Positions 1 to 12,941 of a stretch of 64,000 nucleotides of DNA are shown here, one piece after another. The notes beneath the pieces are model-generated. The model saw nothing but the letters and a program-made list of their open reading frames with translations. It was not told where the DNA came from and searched no databases. Where the stretch lies: NCBI GenBank assembly GCA_028023455.1, contig JAQFVV010000003.1, positions 4,836,001 to 4,900,000 on the forward strand, read 5' to 3'. The translations under genes were made by a program, and so were the position numbers. Position 1 is the stretch's first letter. The number at the start of each line of letters is the position of its first letter. This stretch comes from Epiperipatus broadwayi (Eukaryota; Animalia; Onychophora).

Positions 1-210
1 TGGAATTGGGTTGGACATATTGTATAATAGATGGACAGTTGAAATCTTAAACTGAATTCTAAGAAAGACCACATGTGAGATGGATGGATGAAATAAGGAA
101 GTTTGTTGGAATGATCTGGAGAAGAGAGACTAGAGATCGGAGATGGATTGAACTTGGAAAGGTCTTTATCTTGCATTGAATCAATAATAGTTGAAAATGA
201 TGATGATGAT
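1..210 (+). mobile_element. 3' end of an RTE-clade LINE
   Basis: Broken translation WNWVGHIV..RWTVEILN..RWMDEIRKFVGMIWRRETRDRRWIELGKVFILH* matches the RTE C-terminus and is followed by an (ATG)n microsatellite tail at ~198-210. Confidence 0.65.
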
Positions 211-402
211 CTAATATTTTATAAGATTTAACAACAAAAACTGTTTTAATAATAGAATCAACTATAATAAGTCACTTTTAAAAAATTAATGATTAATTTT
301 TTCATTTGCTTTTTTTTAATAATAGAATGAAAATCATGTATTAAGTAAGAAAGATCAAATAAAAACATGGCATTCATGTTAATTATATTTATTTATTTAC
401 AG

Positions 403-1255
403 CAGAGTTTCTTAACTTAGTTTTATTTATTTACAACAATGTTTTTTAACTTTTTTGGTGATTGGCACCCCTTGAATTTGAAAATATATTCTAGTCCCCT
501 TGAAAAATCTGTTCCAATTTTTTTTATAGAGGAAATTACATTTATTGCAAGGTAATTTATTTATTGAACAATACATACATACATTTACATATACCTACAA
601 AACAATATCTTAATTTTTAATGGGAGGGTTGTTGGTGATTATTTGAAAGAACCATGCATACATCATCACTTGCATTTAAGCAATTTGTGGTTTTTGTTTT
701 TATTTGCAAAAGCATGGAAAATCCCATTTTACAGAGGAAAGTGGTGGAAAATTGTAGAAGTGCCTGTAATGTTGCTTTTTCCAGTTGTGGATAAGATTCT
801 GTGTACACCAAAATTGTTGTTAAGTCTGGTTTTTCAAATTCCATTTGAATACATGCATTGGTTCATATTTCAATAAGATTATCTTTTATTAAATCATTGT
901 AAGTCATTGAATTTAGGTCAAATAAAAAAAATCCACTATCCATCTCTGAACTTTGCTAATATCTCCTGAGGAAAAATATTCATGAAATGATTTATTCAAT
1001 TGTTGTAAATGTATTGCAACTTTAGGTATAATTGTGACTTTCATTTTCCAGAATGATTGAATGAAGCAAGGAAAAGTTTGCAAAATTCCCATTTTCAAGT
1101 TGATGTGTCCAGATTTTTAATTTTCCCAATAAAAGAAGATAATTTTTCACCAGCTGTTATTATGTTCATATCAAATCCTTGAATTGATGTATTTAATTCA
1201 TTCAGGTGATTGAATACATTTGCTAAGTAGGCTAGTCAATGTATTGCATCTTTTT
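403..1255 (-). mobile_element. hAT (Buster/Charlie, ZBED5/SCAND3-like) transposase C-terminal relic with terminal sequence
   Basis: Minus-strand LAYLANVFNHLNELNTSIQGFDMNIITAGEKLSSF, HLQQLNKSFHEYF..W and YPQLEKATLQALLQFSTTFLCKMGFSMLLQIKTK..LNASDD (hAT dimerisation domain). TIR-like CAGAGTTTCTTAAC at ~403. Confidence 0.8.
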
Positions 1256-1289
1256 TTGTTTTTGATCTATTCTAGCCAATGCATTGCTA

Positions 1290-1880
1290 ATCATTTTCTT
1301 CTTTTAACACTAACTTTTACTCTTGAATTAAATTGTTCATGGGTAATTAAAGTAGGACAATCAATTACTCATATTTTGTTACCCTTGCTTTCCATGGTAT
1401 TGTCCAAAGTTTCCCAATATCCAACTTCATATCCATGGAAAGTCATCAGAGATATTATAGCTTAAATATTTCTGATCTTTATTTTTTAAAGATATGTCTC
1501 TACATCTAAAAATCTTATTCAGGGTTTTCATTACAATCCTGTTCAGCATTATTTTGTGATAAGTTTTGACTACTGAATCTTTTATTGTTGATGAATGATT
1601 CAAGATTTTATATTCAATTATAATCTTTGATTATGTTTTTAAACTTTTTTTAATGAGAGTCTTGAGATCTCTATTTCAAATATGAATATGACATTATTAG
1701 AATATCTAAGATTATTGATGATTTTCCCATTATTCCTGATTCCACATCTGCATTTATTCAATACAATTTCTCTTATGCAAAGTTAACACATACAATGACA
1801 ATCTATCTAATTTCTATGCCAATATGAAATCAGTTTTTTTATTTATGGTTTCTAATCCCTACAGAATAATAAAACAAGGT
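1290..1880 (-). mobile_element. degenerate RTE-type LINE RT fragment
   Basis: Minus strand reads GIRNNGKIINNLRYSNNVIFIFE at ~1700-1770, equivalent to the RTE G..INNLRYADD motif; the rest is heavily decayed. Confidence 0.5.
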
Positions 1881-1899
1881 CTTATTATAATCAGTGAAG

Positions 1900-2164
1900 A
1901 GTAGTAATTAATTTATAGAGTGCATAGAAAGCTTATGTAAATAGTCTGAACAGACACCAACCTGTATTCAATGCTCTTTAAAATTTGCAAAAATCAAGCA
2001 TATTTTGCCATTAGACGGATCTTCCAAACCACGGCCGCTCTTATCTTTATAAAAGTCGTTATCTTGTGTCATGGTTTGGAAGATTCCTCTATCGCAAAAT
2101 ATGCTTGATTATTGCAAATTTTAAAGTGCATTGAATACAGGTTAGTGCCTGATCAGACTATTTA
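1900..2164. mobile_element. 265-bp fold-back insertion; same family as the 11.6-15.0 kb array
   Basis: ~100-bp inverted arms (~1934-2030 and ~2070-2169). Direct repeat TATAATCAGTGAAG at 1886-1899 and 2165-2178. Shares the core ACACAAGATA.GACTTTTATAAAGATAAGAG.GGCC with the 11.6 kb units. Confidence 0.8.
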
Positions 2165-2685
2165 TATAATCAGTGAAGTATAAATATATATTTCTCTCTG
2201 TTATTTCTTAATTTTTTATTAATATACATATATCAGCTATGTTGTTTCTAGTCATTGATTTTTTCTGAAATCAATTTATATGATAATTCTTTTTTTAATA
2301 TGAAGTTTTCATTTATGCTGAATGATTTTCAGGATAATTTTATTTTTCTATGGTTCAAGAGATATATCTATCAGATATTTTTTGTTATAGAAATATAAAT
2401 CACTTTCATTCAATGTAGGAAGGACATCAAATAGTATTTGTAGATTGATATAATGAGGGCAATGTTTTTATTGAGTTTTTTTCTTTTTTTTTTAAAATTT
2501 CTGTTGCAATGTGATCAATTTGAATGCCCTTACTTTGTGACAATAATCTTAAGACAAATCTAATCTCATATTCAATTAACGATTTTTTGATTTGGGATAT
2601 ATTATAAAAAGTGTCCTTATAACACTGCTTTTTGAATATTTTTTTTGTCTCAGTTTGATCTTTTACTTTATTTAAAATCTGTCCA

Positions 2686-2790
2686 TTTTTTTTTTTAAGT
2701 GTCATAACATCGGTGGAATGCGAACCCGCAACCTGGGCAAATGCCTGCAAGTGCAAGGCCGTTGCGCTGACCTCTCAACCACCAATGCAA
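2686..2790 (-). mobile_element. ~110-bp tRNA-derived SINE
   Basis: Minus strand has an A-box-like TGGTTGAGAGG, a B-box-like GGGTTCGCATTCC and an A-tail; homologous to the copies at 21298 and 21537. Confidence 0.8.
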
Positions 2791-3379
2791 ACTATTTCTT
2801 AAAGGATAGGTTTTGGTTTTTATAACTTTATATCTATTTTCAATGTTTTAGTTGATTTTATTATATTACTGCTTTTTCCTGAATAGTTTTTATTTGATTT
2901 AGTTCCTTTAAATTTGATTTTTCTTCTTTTCTTTACCATTGTATCTTCTTACATTCATTTTGATTTTCATAGTTGTTTCTTCTACTTAAATTTTTTCTCA
3001 GATTCTTCTTTTATTACAATTTTCTCAGATTTTTTTTTTATTATTGTTTTTGCTTTCACTCAAGATCATCTAGTTTATTATTTATTATATCAAAATATCA
3101 AACTGATTTCTTCCAGCCAATTGTTAGTACTATTAATTCTTCATAACCTTTTGAAATATTTTAGCTAATTACAGAACTTGAAAGGGAGAGAAGATCTTGT
3201 AATAATAAAAGAATACCCCATATCATGAAAATCCTTACAAGAAAGTTTTATATCAAGATTATTTAGGATGAAATATAAAGCTGATGGATTGTTGATAGAT
3301 CCATAAAGATGTACAATTGATATATAGAGTTTTATGAAGATATGGACAAAGATGATAAATAGTAATATTTGATACACCA

Positions 3380-4885
3380 ATTAGAGAATCTGAATAATTG
3401 CATTAAAAAGTAAAGTAGTAAGAGTCTTATCTATAACTACTAGTGAAAAATTACTAGGGAGATCTCAATCAATAAGATAATCATAAGACAATATGACAGC
3501 AAGGCAATGTTGAAAATATTGTTGGACAGAATACAGACAATGATAGGCAGGTTTTGATTAACATTTGAGGAACAAAAGGTTAAACTGATCAATGAAAAAA
3601 TACTCAATAAGGCTGACAATTTGAACAACCATTTTATTCCATATATCATGACAATCTTTCGATAATGATGTTGAATATAGCAAACACTACACATTTGTTC
3701 CCACTTATTTTTTTATATATAGAAGACAAAAAACTAGAATGAGAATTGCACTTACATATTCAGGATTGTTTTAAGTGAGTAAAAGAACAAAACAGAGATT
3801 TTGGATGATTTTTAGGGAGTATTCTGTAATGGAAGAAAACAAGTATGCAATATATGATATGTAGATGATATAATTTTGATGACATCAATAGAGAAAAAAC
3901 TGTAGGATCTGATGGATATATTGATGGGAATAGAATCAGGCTAAATACAGCAAGGGTAAGATGATTAAACATAGCATTAGCAGAAATAACAGTGAAGAGA
4001 TTTCAACTGAAATGAGTTTGATAGTTTTTCTATCTGGGCTTTAGATTAAGATGGAAAATGTCATACAGTGATAAATGCATTATTATTGTTGGCATTAAAT
4101 AAATTTATATAATTAGTGCACACATTAAAAAACAGAGACATACATTCAGGTACAAAGTATAGGTTATTAAAGACTTTGATGTGGTTTATTGCAATTCATG
4201 GATTTGAGACGTGGAGATTAGAGAAACAAGAGATGGAAAGGATTGATGATTTTGAAATAAAATATTATCAAATGATGCTTAGAGGACCTGGACAGATGAT
4301 AACTAATGAATGGGTGGTTTTTATGAAGGCAAATGCATAAAGGTATCTATTGATGGTGATAAAGTGAAGAAAGCTATATTATTTTGGATGTGATAAGACA
4401 GGTAGACATTCTGTAAAATAATTCTATATTTGGATTTGTTAATGGGTCAAGAAACCAAAGATGTCCAAGATTTATGGATGAATAATATCACAAATGGACA
4501 GAGTTAATAATATTGCAAGCATAAGAGAAAAGCAGAAGGAAGAATAATCTAGAAGCAATTTATTCACATTATTGCTCCATATTTGAGATAATGATTCAGA
4601 TTGATGATGTTAATGATGAATTACTTAAAAAATTGTTAGCCATTTTTAATCATTTCCAGATGGAACAAAAAGGTCAAGAAACTAAAAAAGCCCAAGATTT
4701 ATAGATGAGTAACATGACAAAGTAGTCAGAGTTAAGTGATAAAATCATGCACAAAAGCAGAGGGAAGAATGATCTAGAGGCAGTTCATTCATATTGATGC
4801 TCAATATTCAAAACATGGGTCAGATTGATGATGCTAATGATGAATTACTTTAGCCATTTTTAATCATTTCCAGTTGGAACAAAAT
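3380..4885 (+). mobile_element. degenerate RTE LINE, RT to 3' end, with a ~228-bp duplicated 3' end
   Basis: SKAMLKILLDRIQ at ~3500; ORF 4116-4340 (LKNRDIHSGTKYRLLKTLMWFIAIHGFETWRL..IDDFEIKYYQMMLR) is the RTE C-terminal region. 4448-4670 is repeated at 4676-4885. Confidence 0.75.
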
Positions 4886-4949
4886 CAGAAGAGAACTTTC
4901 AGTTTTTGACTACCAATAATCCAAAAATTTCTTATAAATTTGTAATGTC

Positions 4950-6800
4950 ATTAGATGATACCAGAAAGAAAAATGAAAAACGACTATGGAGAAACAAAAC
5001 TTTACAAGATCTAATTGTAATATCTTGTTTTTTTTAATGAAAACTTAGTGGATTAAAAGTATCTCTAAAATAACTACATTGTCACTGCTAATAATGTTGC
5101 CAATATTATGTCAGACTTCTCAAAATTATTACAGTGAGAAATTAGTAAAATACAATTTCAAAAATCTCTTATTATATTACATTAATATTAATCTGATAAA
5201 ACCTGTAGATGTTGATGAACTTGCTCTTAATTGTCTAAACCAGGAAAGACTCCATGAATAGATGACATATTTCCAGATTTTCATAAAAAAATTTATGGCC
5301 AAAGCCAAAGCTTGATTGACCAAAGTATTGAATAACATTATTCATATGAAAAACTATTCTAAAAATTTGGCATTGTACTCAAATAAACAGTAGTCTTAAA
5401 ATCAAATAAACTAGCAATGATCTAAAAAATATATTACTGTTTCATTATTATGTGTTTCCTACAATCTTTTTGAAAAAAAACATATTAAATAAGAATTTTT
5501 CTCTTTGTTAAAAACCATCTAACCAGTGTGATCATTATTGATTTAATATCAACTTATGATTCTGTTTACAAAAATGGTCTAAAAATTTCTAAAATTCTTA
5601 AAGCTGGAAAAACATTAATTTACTTGACAAAATACTCTCTAATAGAAAAGTTCAAAAATAGATACAAACTTTTACAAATGATTTTCTACAGGATTAAGTT
5701 CTCTTACCTCTTTTATTTAAATATATTCATCACTAATCTTTTCAAAACAAAATGCAGTAAATTCATTTTTATGTTGGTAGTATTGCTTTGATTTTTCAAA
5801 AGAGATTCTCTCCTGAAGTAGAAAATCATCTCATTAAGAATTTGAAAAGATTGGAAATCTTTTTAAAAGACTAGGATCTTATTTCTAATGTAGTAAAGAT
5901 GGTATGCTCAATTTTTCATCTAGATAATAGGAAATCATCTCCTAATTTGACTAGAATTTTTTGCAATAATAATTGAAACACAATCCTATCACATGCTATT
6001 TAATGTATTCTTGCATTGTCGTCTTATTTTTCCCATTAAGCTAAGATTAAATCAAGATTAAATTTTTAGGAATAATCTTCTTAGAAAGCTAGCTTTTACT
6101 ACTTATGGTTGTGATGCAAATGCTTTGCAGACAGCTTTCTTAATATTATACTGTTGGGAAAAGTTAAGTTGCTACAATAAACTTCTTGTTATTTAATTCC
6201 ATATTACTATTAGAATTTAAGACCACCCCTTTGTAGTGGCTTTCTATCCTTTTACATATTCATCTGCTAGATATCAGAAGTTGCTTCATAGAAAATATAT
6301 AAAAACTTTTACATAGATCAAATTTGTCAATAATTCTAAGATATAGTTTACCCTTTAAAACTCATATGAAATCATGATTTCTTTTTTGGATGTTCAACCA
6401 AGAATCTATATTCAAATGGGATAAAAAATGGGATTTTTATGATTTTCCAAATAAATTTTTTTTAAAAATCCAACTATATAAATCCAGCTGGATTTGATCT
6501 TCTTAGTTGCAAGTGAAGTTTTATCAACAGATTCACAGTTACCTATGATCATTACATTTATCTGTTTTGTAAATGGAATTTATTAACCACTGATCTATAT
6601 AAATATGGGCAAACATTAACTATGAAACATACAGTGATTTCCAAATCTTTTGTGATAATGGTAGACTTGAAGAATTTAATAAAGACATTGGTTATTCTAT
6701 GTTCTGGTAGGAATCATTACAGAAATTCCATTATGATATTTTATCAATAGTTAAACTGTCAAAAAAACTCCATATGCTAAATAAATAAATAATCATCTTA
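4950..6800 (+). mobile_element. degenerate APE-type LINE, clade not determined
   Basis: VDELAL..L.PGKTP (5205-5260), IDLISTYDSV (RT motif, ORF 5528) and PAGFDLL..*SFINRF near 6485. Confidence 0.55.
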
Positions 6801-7474
6801 TAACTCAATCTGTTTTTTTTCTTTCCTTATTTGTTTGTAACTCAATATATAGTGAAGGTCTACTATATTGGAAAGATTATAAAGTTATGATTCCTCTAAA
6901 GATTTACAGCTTAGCAGTGCTTTCAGTTAGACCAGTTATATTCATAGCACTAATATGGGTGTATAGAAGAGAAAATGCATTAATTAGTATGCAAATTTGT
7001 AAATTTAAATATACCACCTTTATGATAATGCAATACATGAGTTTTTTATATTCTTATATTAGACTATTTCCATCATCTAATATATGTCTTGAATGTCTTT
7101 AAAAAAAATTTAACTTTATTTAAATATTCCAAATACATTCAACTGTTAGTAATATCACATCAAACAGGTTAGTATATGCACAATGTTTTGAGAGGTATTT
7201 GTCTCCCCTCTTCTTCAGGTGTTGCTGGCCTGTCCAGTGACAGTACTAGCATGGGATTCAAACCTGGGTCCTTAGATTCTTGTTTTGAATTTTAAGGTAA
7301 TGCTCTAACCAACTCCCACATTCTTCAGGTGTTGCTGGCCTGACCAGTGACAGTACTAGCATGGGATTCGAACCTGGGTCCTTAGATTCTTGAGTTTTGA
7401 ATTTTAAGGTAATGCTCTAAACAACTGATCCTTTTTGAAATTTTAAAGTAATGCTCTAACCAACTGAGTCAGGA

Positions 7475-7540
7475 TCAGTTGGTTAGAGCATTACCTTAAT
7501 ATTCAAAACTCAAGAATCTAAGGACCCAGGTTCGAATTCC
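7475..7540 (+). promoter_or_regulatory. tRNA-like internal Pol III promoter (A and B boxes)
   Basis: A box TCAGTTGGTTAGAGC at 7475-7489 and B box GGTTCGAATTCC at 7529-7540; the minus-strand copy at ~7362-7380 reads GGTTCGAATCCC. Confidence 0.7.
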
Positions 7541-7570
7541 ATACTAGTATTGTCTCTGGTCAGGCCAGAA

Positions 7571-7614
7571 ACACCTGAAGAAGAGGGGAGACTAATACCT
7601 CTTGAAAAATTGTG
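7571..7614 (+). ncRNA. decayed minimal type I hammerhead ribozyme motif
   Basis: ACAC-CTGAAGA-A-GAGGGG-loop-CCTCTT-GAAA-AATT-GTG. The mirror copy at 7179-7222 (-) reads CCTCTC-AAAAC-ATT-GTG. Together they reconstruct to CUGAAGA...CUC GAAAC GUU/GUG if CpG decay is assumed. Confidence 0.55.
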
Positions 7615-9082
7615 CATATACTAGCCTGTTTGATGTGCTATTACCAACAGTTGAATGTATTTGGAATATTTAAATAAAGTTAAATTTTTCTAAAGACATT
7701 TGATACATTTATTAGATGATGGAAATAGTCCAATATAAAAATATAATTAGAACACCATCATCACAACCCTTCAGGAAAACAATGAGTCTTGTTTGTTTAT
7801 TGGGTGTAATGCTATTTGCATTAGTCCATACCTCTTTATATTTTCTATTTTGATCATTGTGCTCTATTTAATATCAGAGTTTGTACTGAGCACAATGATC
7901 AAAAGAAAAAATATAAAGAGACATGGTTTATCATAAATAACACCTATGTAAAAAATAAAAAAAATTCATGTATTGCATTATCATGTAGGTGGTATGTTTA
8001 AATTTACAAATTTTCATGCTAATTAACATGTTAAGTTTTCTCTTTTATACAACCATATATATATAATATGCTGTGAATATGACCAGCCTGGTTGAAAACA
8101 ATGTTACGCTGTAAATATTTAAAGATGTCATAAGTTTATAATCTTTCCAGCATAGTGGACTTTCACTATATATTGAGTTACAATTTAATTTAGGTTTTAT
8201 GCAAATATCCAATACTGAACTATTACTTTATTATCCAGTATAATTCCACCCAGCATAGTTCAGTCTCTTTAATTTTTGTCTTACTAATAATGATTTTATT
8301 TTTAGTAATACTTTGACTAATAAGAAAGTATTGCTATAAGTAACTTTCTTATTTGTATTTTCTCTATAAAATATTTAGAAACATCAGAATTCAAATAAAC
8401 TCATTTATTGTATTCTCTTAATGTAAAATATTGTTTTTAAGAATCTTAAGAATAATATATATATACTTATTTTGAAAGTTAGCTTTATAAATTGATTTAA
8501 TATTTTCAAATTTAATATTTGATTACTTGTTTTAAGTCATCTTCATTTTTACTTTTTTGATAGAATTTCACTTTAACTTTAATTATTAATTCTAATTTAA
8601 GTTTGAATCTATCTGACATTCAACTAGTCATTAATGGTTTTTTTTTATTTTTTAGTCAACTATTTAATAAAAATTTTTTCTATAAGTTTTGTAATTCGTG
8701 TGTTCTTTTATAATAATATTCCCAATACACATTTGTCTTTATTTATTATCTTTATTCCAAGAAATTCAGATTTTTCTTCTTTTTTTCCATTTAATATATG
8801 AAATATTTTTTTACATTTTTTTTGCAAATATTTTGTTTAAATTTCAGGAGTGCCTATTTATAATGTTATTGGTTTTTTTTTTTCATATTCAGACTGTTGT
8901 TTTTTTTATCATGTTTGTTTTAATTTTGTTTTTGCTGCTGGAATATTTCATGTTATTTATTTATTTTTAGGGAGCAAAAACCTCAAGTTAAATTAAAAAG
9001 CGAAGATGAAAAAAAAGCAGTTTATGATAATGTAAGACTTGTTATGTATATAATTCAAAGATCATTTTACCAAAACAATGTA

Positions 9083-9912
9083 ATATATAGGGTATATGAG
9101 CACAAACTTTTAGATGACCCATCACTTTCCACTCTATCTAATAACACTGATACACTCAAGCACATATATGCTGAAAAGATAAATAATCACCAATATATGT
9201 ATTTCATGCTAAACCAGCAATCATCAGTTGGTCCAGATTATCATCTCCCACACATATATACTATAAGTGCTCAGGTATATATTAAGATAGACAATCTTCA
9301 TACTTTAAGGGACAGGCTCCAATCTACTACACACTCCAACTAACTCTTCAACCGTCCATCCAATTGAAAATCTGATGATGGAATGCTCGAAGGCCACCCT
9401 GAGGCTGAGATTCTTGTCACACTCATGTTGACCTAATGTTAATCTGAACCCTACATGTACAGGACATAATCCATTTAATACATATGCAAGGATGTACATG
9501 TGGGGTTCAGATTGACATTAGGCCAACATGGGTGTGACAAGAATCTCGGCCTCAAGGTGGCCTTTGAGCATTCCATCATCAGATTTTCAATTGGATGGAC
9601 GATTGAAGAGTTGGAGTGTGTAGTAGATTGGAGCCTGTCCATTAAAGTATGAAGATTGTCTATCTTAATGTATATCTGAGCACTTATAGTATATATGTGT
9701 GGGAGATGATAATCTGGACCAACTGATGATTGCTGGTTTAGCATGAAATACATATATTGGTGATTATTTATCTTTTCAGTATATATGTGCTTGAGTGTAT
9801 CAGTGTTATTAGATAGAGTGGAGAGTGATGGGTCATCTGAAAGTCTGTGCTCATATACCCTATATATTACATATATAGATACAGGTATAGAATAAGCCTG
9901 TGTTTCAGTTAT
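9083..9912. mobile_element. fold-back insertion, probably a PLE 3' end
   Basis: ~380-bp arms (9079-9451 and 9494-9872) around a ~42-nt loop. Flanking direct repeat CAAAACAATGTA at 9071-9082 and 9913-9924. YIGY..STNF in one frame is weakly GIY-YIG-like. Confidence 0.75.
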
Positions 9913-12900
9913 CAAAACAATGTATTATATAATCTTTTTTTTTTAAAACTCTAGAGCCATTTTCGAAAAAAACTTTCTGTTTGAAAATTCTTTTTTTTTT
10001 TAATGACAAATGTAAGCCGTCAGAGAGAATAAAATGCCTTGATTAATGGGTGATTACTGGATATATATTCTAAAAACAAAGTTTTTTTTTTATAAGAAGA
10101 CCAATAACCCAGAATTCAGAAGTGGGAATTTATTTTCATTACCATCCAATGATTATTGATAGTTCATGTTTACAAACTTGTTCTTAATATGAGGAGAAAG
10201 ATATTACTACTATCAATAATAATAACTTTTATAACTGACCTACTTTTTTTTCTAAATAAGAAATAAAAATAAAAACTTGTAATACAATTTTTAATAAAAA
10301 AATGTGAGGAAAAAATCTCTTCAAGTCCGTGATTACCAATACTAAATCTGTTCCATAAAATGTTTTTAAATAATTAAATCACTTTATTATCGATTTCTTT
10401 TATTGATTAAAGTATTAATAGAAAAAGAAAAATTAAAACAACTTTTTAGCATATCATAATAGAGGTATTTTAAGCAAAATTATTAATTACACACAGAGTA
10501 GAAATGGTAATGAAAGAGAACAAAAAAAAAAACTGCATATGCATACATACGGTCTTATACTTTTATTTACAGATAAAAATATAATACAGAAAGTCTTGTA
10601 AAAATGAATTTGTTATAATGAATATTGTAAACATACTTCACAATTTATATAAATATGTAAGCAAAATTTTAATAAATAAATTTAACAAAAAATGGTAATG
10701 TTATAAGAGATAAAAAAAACAATATGATCACAAGCACAATCATAGATTAAATAAGTTTAACATAATTTTTTTAATTATTAAAATTATTTTTTCATTTCCT
10801 AATTAAAATATGGCCCTCTATAAATCAATTCAGAAGTTTTAATGGGGTTGATAAGCAGAAAAAAAAAAGGAGTAAAACTTTAAGTGTATTAATTTGTAAA
10901 TATTATTAAAATTTAAAATTATCAAGCATGTTTTAAACAATCCACTTGTCATCTCATGTTCTTTACTGATTATCGTTAATTTATTAAAGTAAGTGTAATA
11001 AATTTCTATAATTGTTAAATCTTGTTCCATTTTTACATTATACTGGAATTTTTGAAACTATACTTCAACAAATATGTTTTGATAATTTTACTAAATTTCC
11101 ATAATTTTTATTTCCAGTGATCTCAGACAGTTAATGATGAATTTTTTAATAGAATTAATATTTCAACAACAAAAAACAGACCATTTTTTTTTTTTTTTTA
11201 TCAATTTTAGAATAATTTATTCTGTTATCATAACTTATTTTGTTAAACTTTATCATGAACTGATATTTCTATATTCTTTTAAATTAAATTCTTTCCTTTT
11301 AATTAGCATGTATCATTACAATATCATAGCATAGGATTTTTTTGTCCACATAGTATCTAGGATTCGCTAAATTTTGTACCTCTAAGAGAAATCATAATAC
11401 TTATTTTAAATTTCTTTCTTAATGAAATAATGCAAAAGTAAATATTATCATCTTAATATTATCTTCTCACATAACAATATATATTACATTTATATGGGAT
11501 AATTGCATAGCTTAATTTTTTATTGGTATAAAACTGAGTGATAGTAGATAATCTAAATTTTTTTTAATTCTATTTTTTTCTATATTTTTATACTTAAAAG
11601 GATTAAAGTTGTAATTATTTATTAAGTGCACAGGAAGTATATGTAAATACTTTAGAGACAAGCTTTAACCTATATCATATGCACTTTGAATGTTTATAAT
11701 AGTCAAACAATATCTTTATTTGCTGATAGAGGGACCTCTCAAACCATGACACAAGATAGTGACTTTTATAAAGAGCAGCCATCTTATGTTTAACCTAGCT
11801 TTCCACTTATATAGGCTAATCTGAAGCATCTTAATTGGGCGCATGAAGCTGTTATTCTCTTCACTGTTTCAGTACACTATTTCCTTTACAAATTAACCTT
11901 CATGAAATCTTGTGATTTATGAGTTATTACAATCTTTATACTGGAAATATATAAAGTACTATAAAGTTGTATTTATTTATTAAGTGCATAGAAAGTATAT
12001 GTAAATACTTTAGTGAGATGCTTTAACCTATATCATATGCAGCTTGAATGTTTACAATAGTCAAACAATATCTTTATTTGCTTATAGAGGGATCTCTCAA
12101 ACCTCAACACAAGATAGCAATTTTTACATTTTATCTTCAACTTAACTTTCCACTTATATAGTCCAATTTGAAGCATCTTGATTTGGGAGCATGAAGCTGT
12201 TATTCTCTTCACTGTTTAAGTTCACTATTTCCTTTATAAATTAACCTTCATGAAATCTTAGGATTTACAATGAGTTAATATTACAATCTTTATACTGGAA
12301 ATTTATAAACTACTGTAAAGTTTGTAATTATTTATTAAGCACACAGGAAGTATATGTAAATACTTTAGTGAATGTTTATAATAGTCAAACTATCTTCATT
12401 TGCTGATAGAGGGACCTCTGAAACCTTGATACAAGATAGTAACTTTTATAAAGATAAGAGTGGCCATCTTTATAAATGTGACTATCTTGGGCCAAGATTT
12501 GAGAGGTCTCTCTATTGGCAAATAAAGATATTGCTTGACTATTATAAACATTCAAAGTGCATATGATATAGGTTAAAGCCTGTCTCTAAAGTATTTACAT
12601 ATATTTCCTGTGTGCTTAATAAATAATTACAACTTTATAGTAGTTTATATATTTCCAATATAAAGATCGTAATATTAACTCACTGTAAATCACAAGATTT
12701 TGCAAAGGTTAATTTGTAAAAGAAATAGTGGACTTAAACAGTGAAGAGAATAACAGCTTCACACTCCCAAATCAAGATACTTCAGATTGGCTTATATAAG
12801 TAAAAAGTTAGGTTAAAAATAAGACGGCCACTCTTATCCTTATAAAAGTCACTATCTTGTGTCAAGGTTTGAGAGGTTCTTCTATGGGCAAATAATAATA

Positions 12901-12941
12901 TTGTTTGACTATTATAAACATTCAAAGTGCATATAATATAG

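Larger units (their letters stand above)
7046..7781. mobile_element. head-to-head fold-back of a PLE pseudo-LTR containing a tRNA-like segment and a hammerhead-like motif
   Basis: Left arm (~7046-7467, minus sense, with an internal ~105-bp duplication) mirrors the right arm (7475-7745). Homologous to the pLTRs at 24760-25110, 26940-27255 and 35590-35940. Possible TSD ATGAGT(T/C)TT at 7037-7045 and 7782-7790. Confidence 0.85.

Noticed and set aside
7475-7545. Possible functional tRNA gene
   Set aside because: Boxes are present but there is no intact acceptor stem or 7-nt anticodon loop; it is always embedded in the PLE pLTR.
2914-8970. F/L/I-rich ORFs (2914, 8698 and similar) resembling membrane proteins
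   Set aside because: Expected from T-rich low-complexity DNA and antisense to A-rich TE relics; no splice or family support.
9370-9420. CTGATGA followed by a GGCC..GGC(C/T) stem in the 9.1-kb hairpin
   Set aside because: No GAAA..NUH or stem I in register in either arm; cannot be called a hammerhead.
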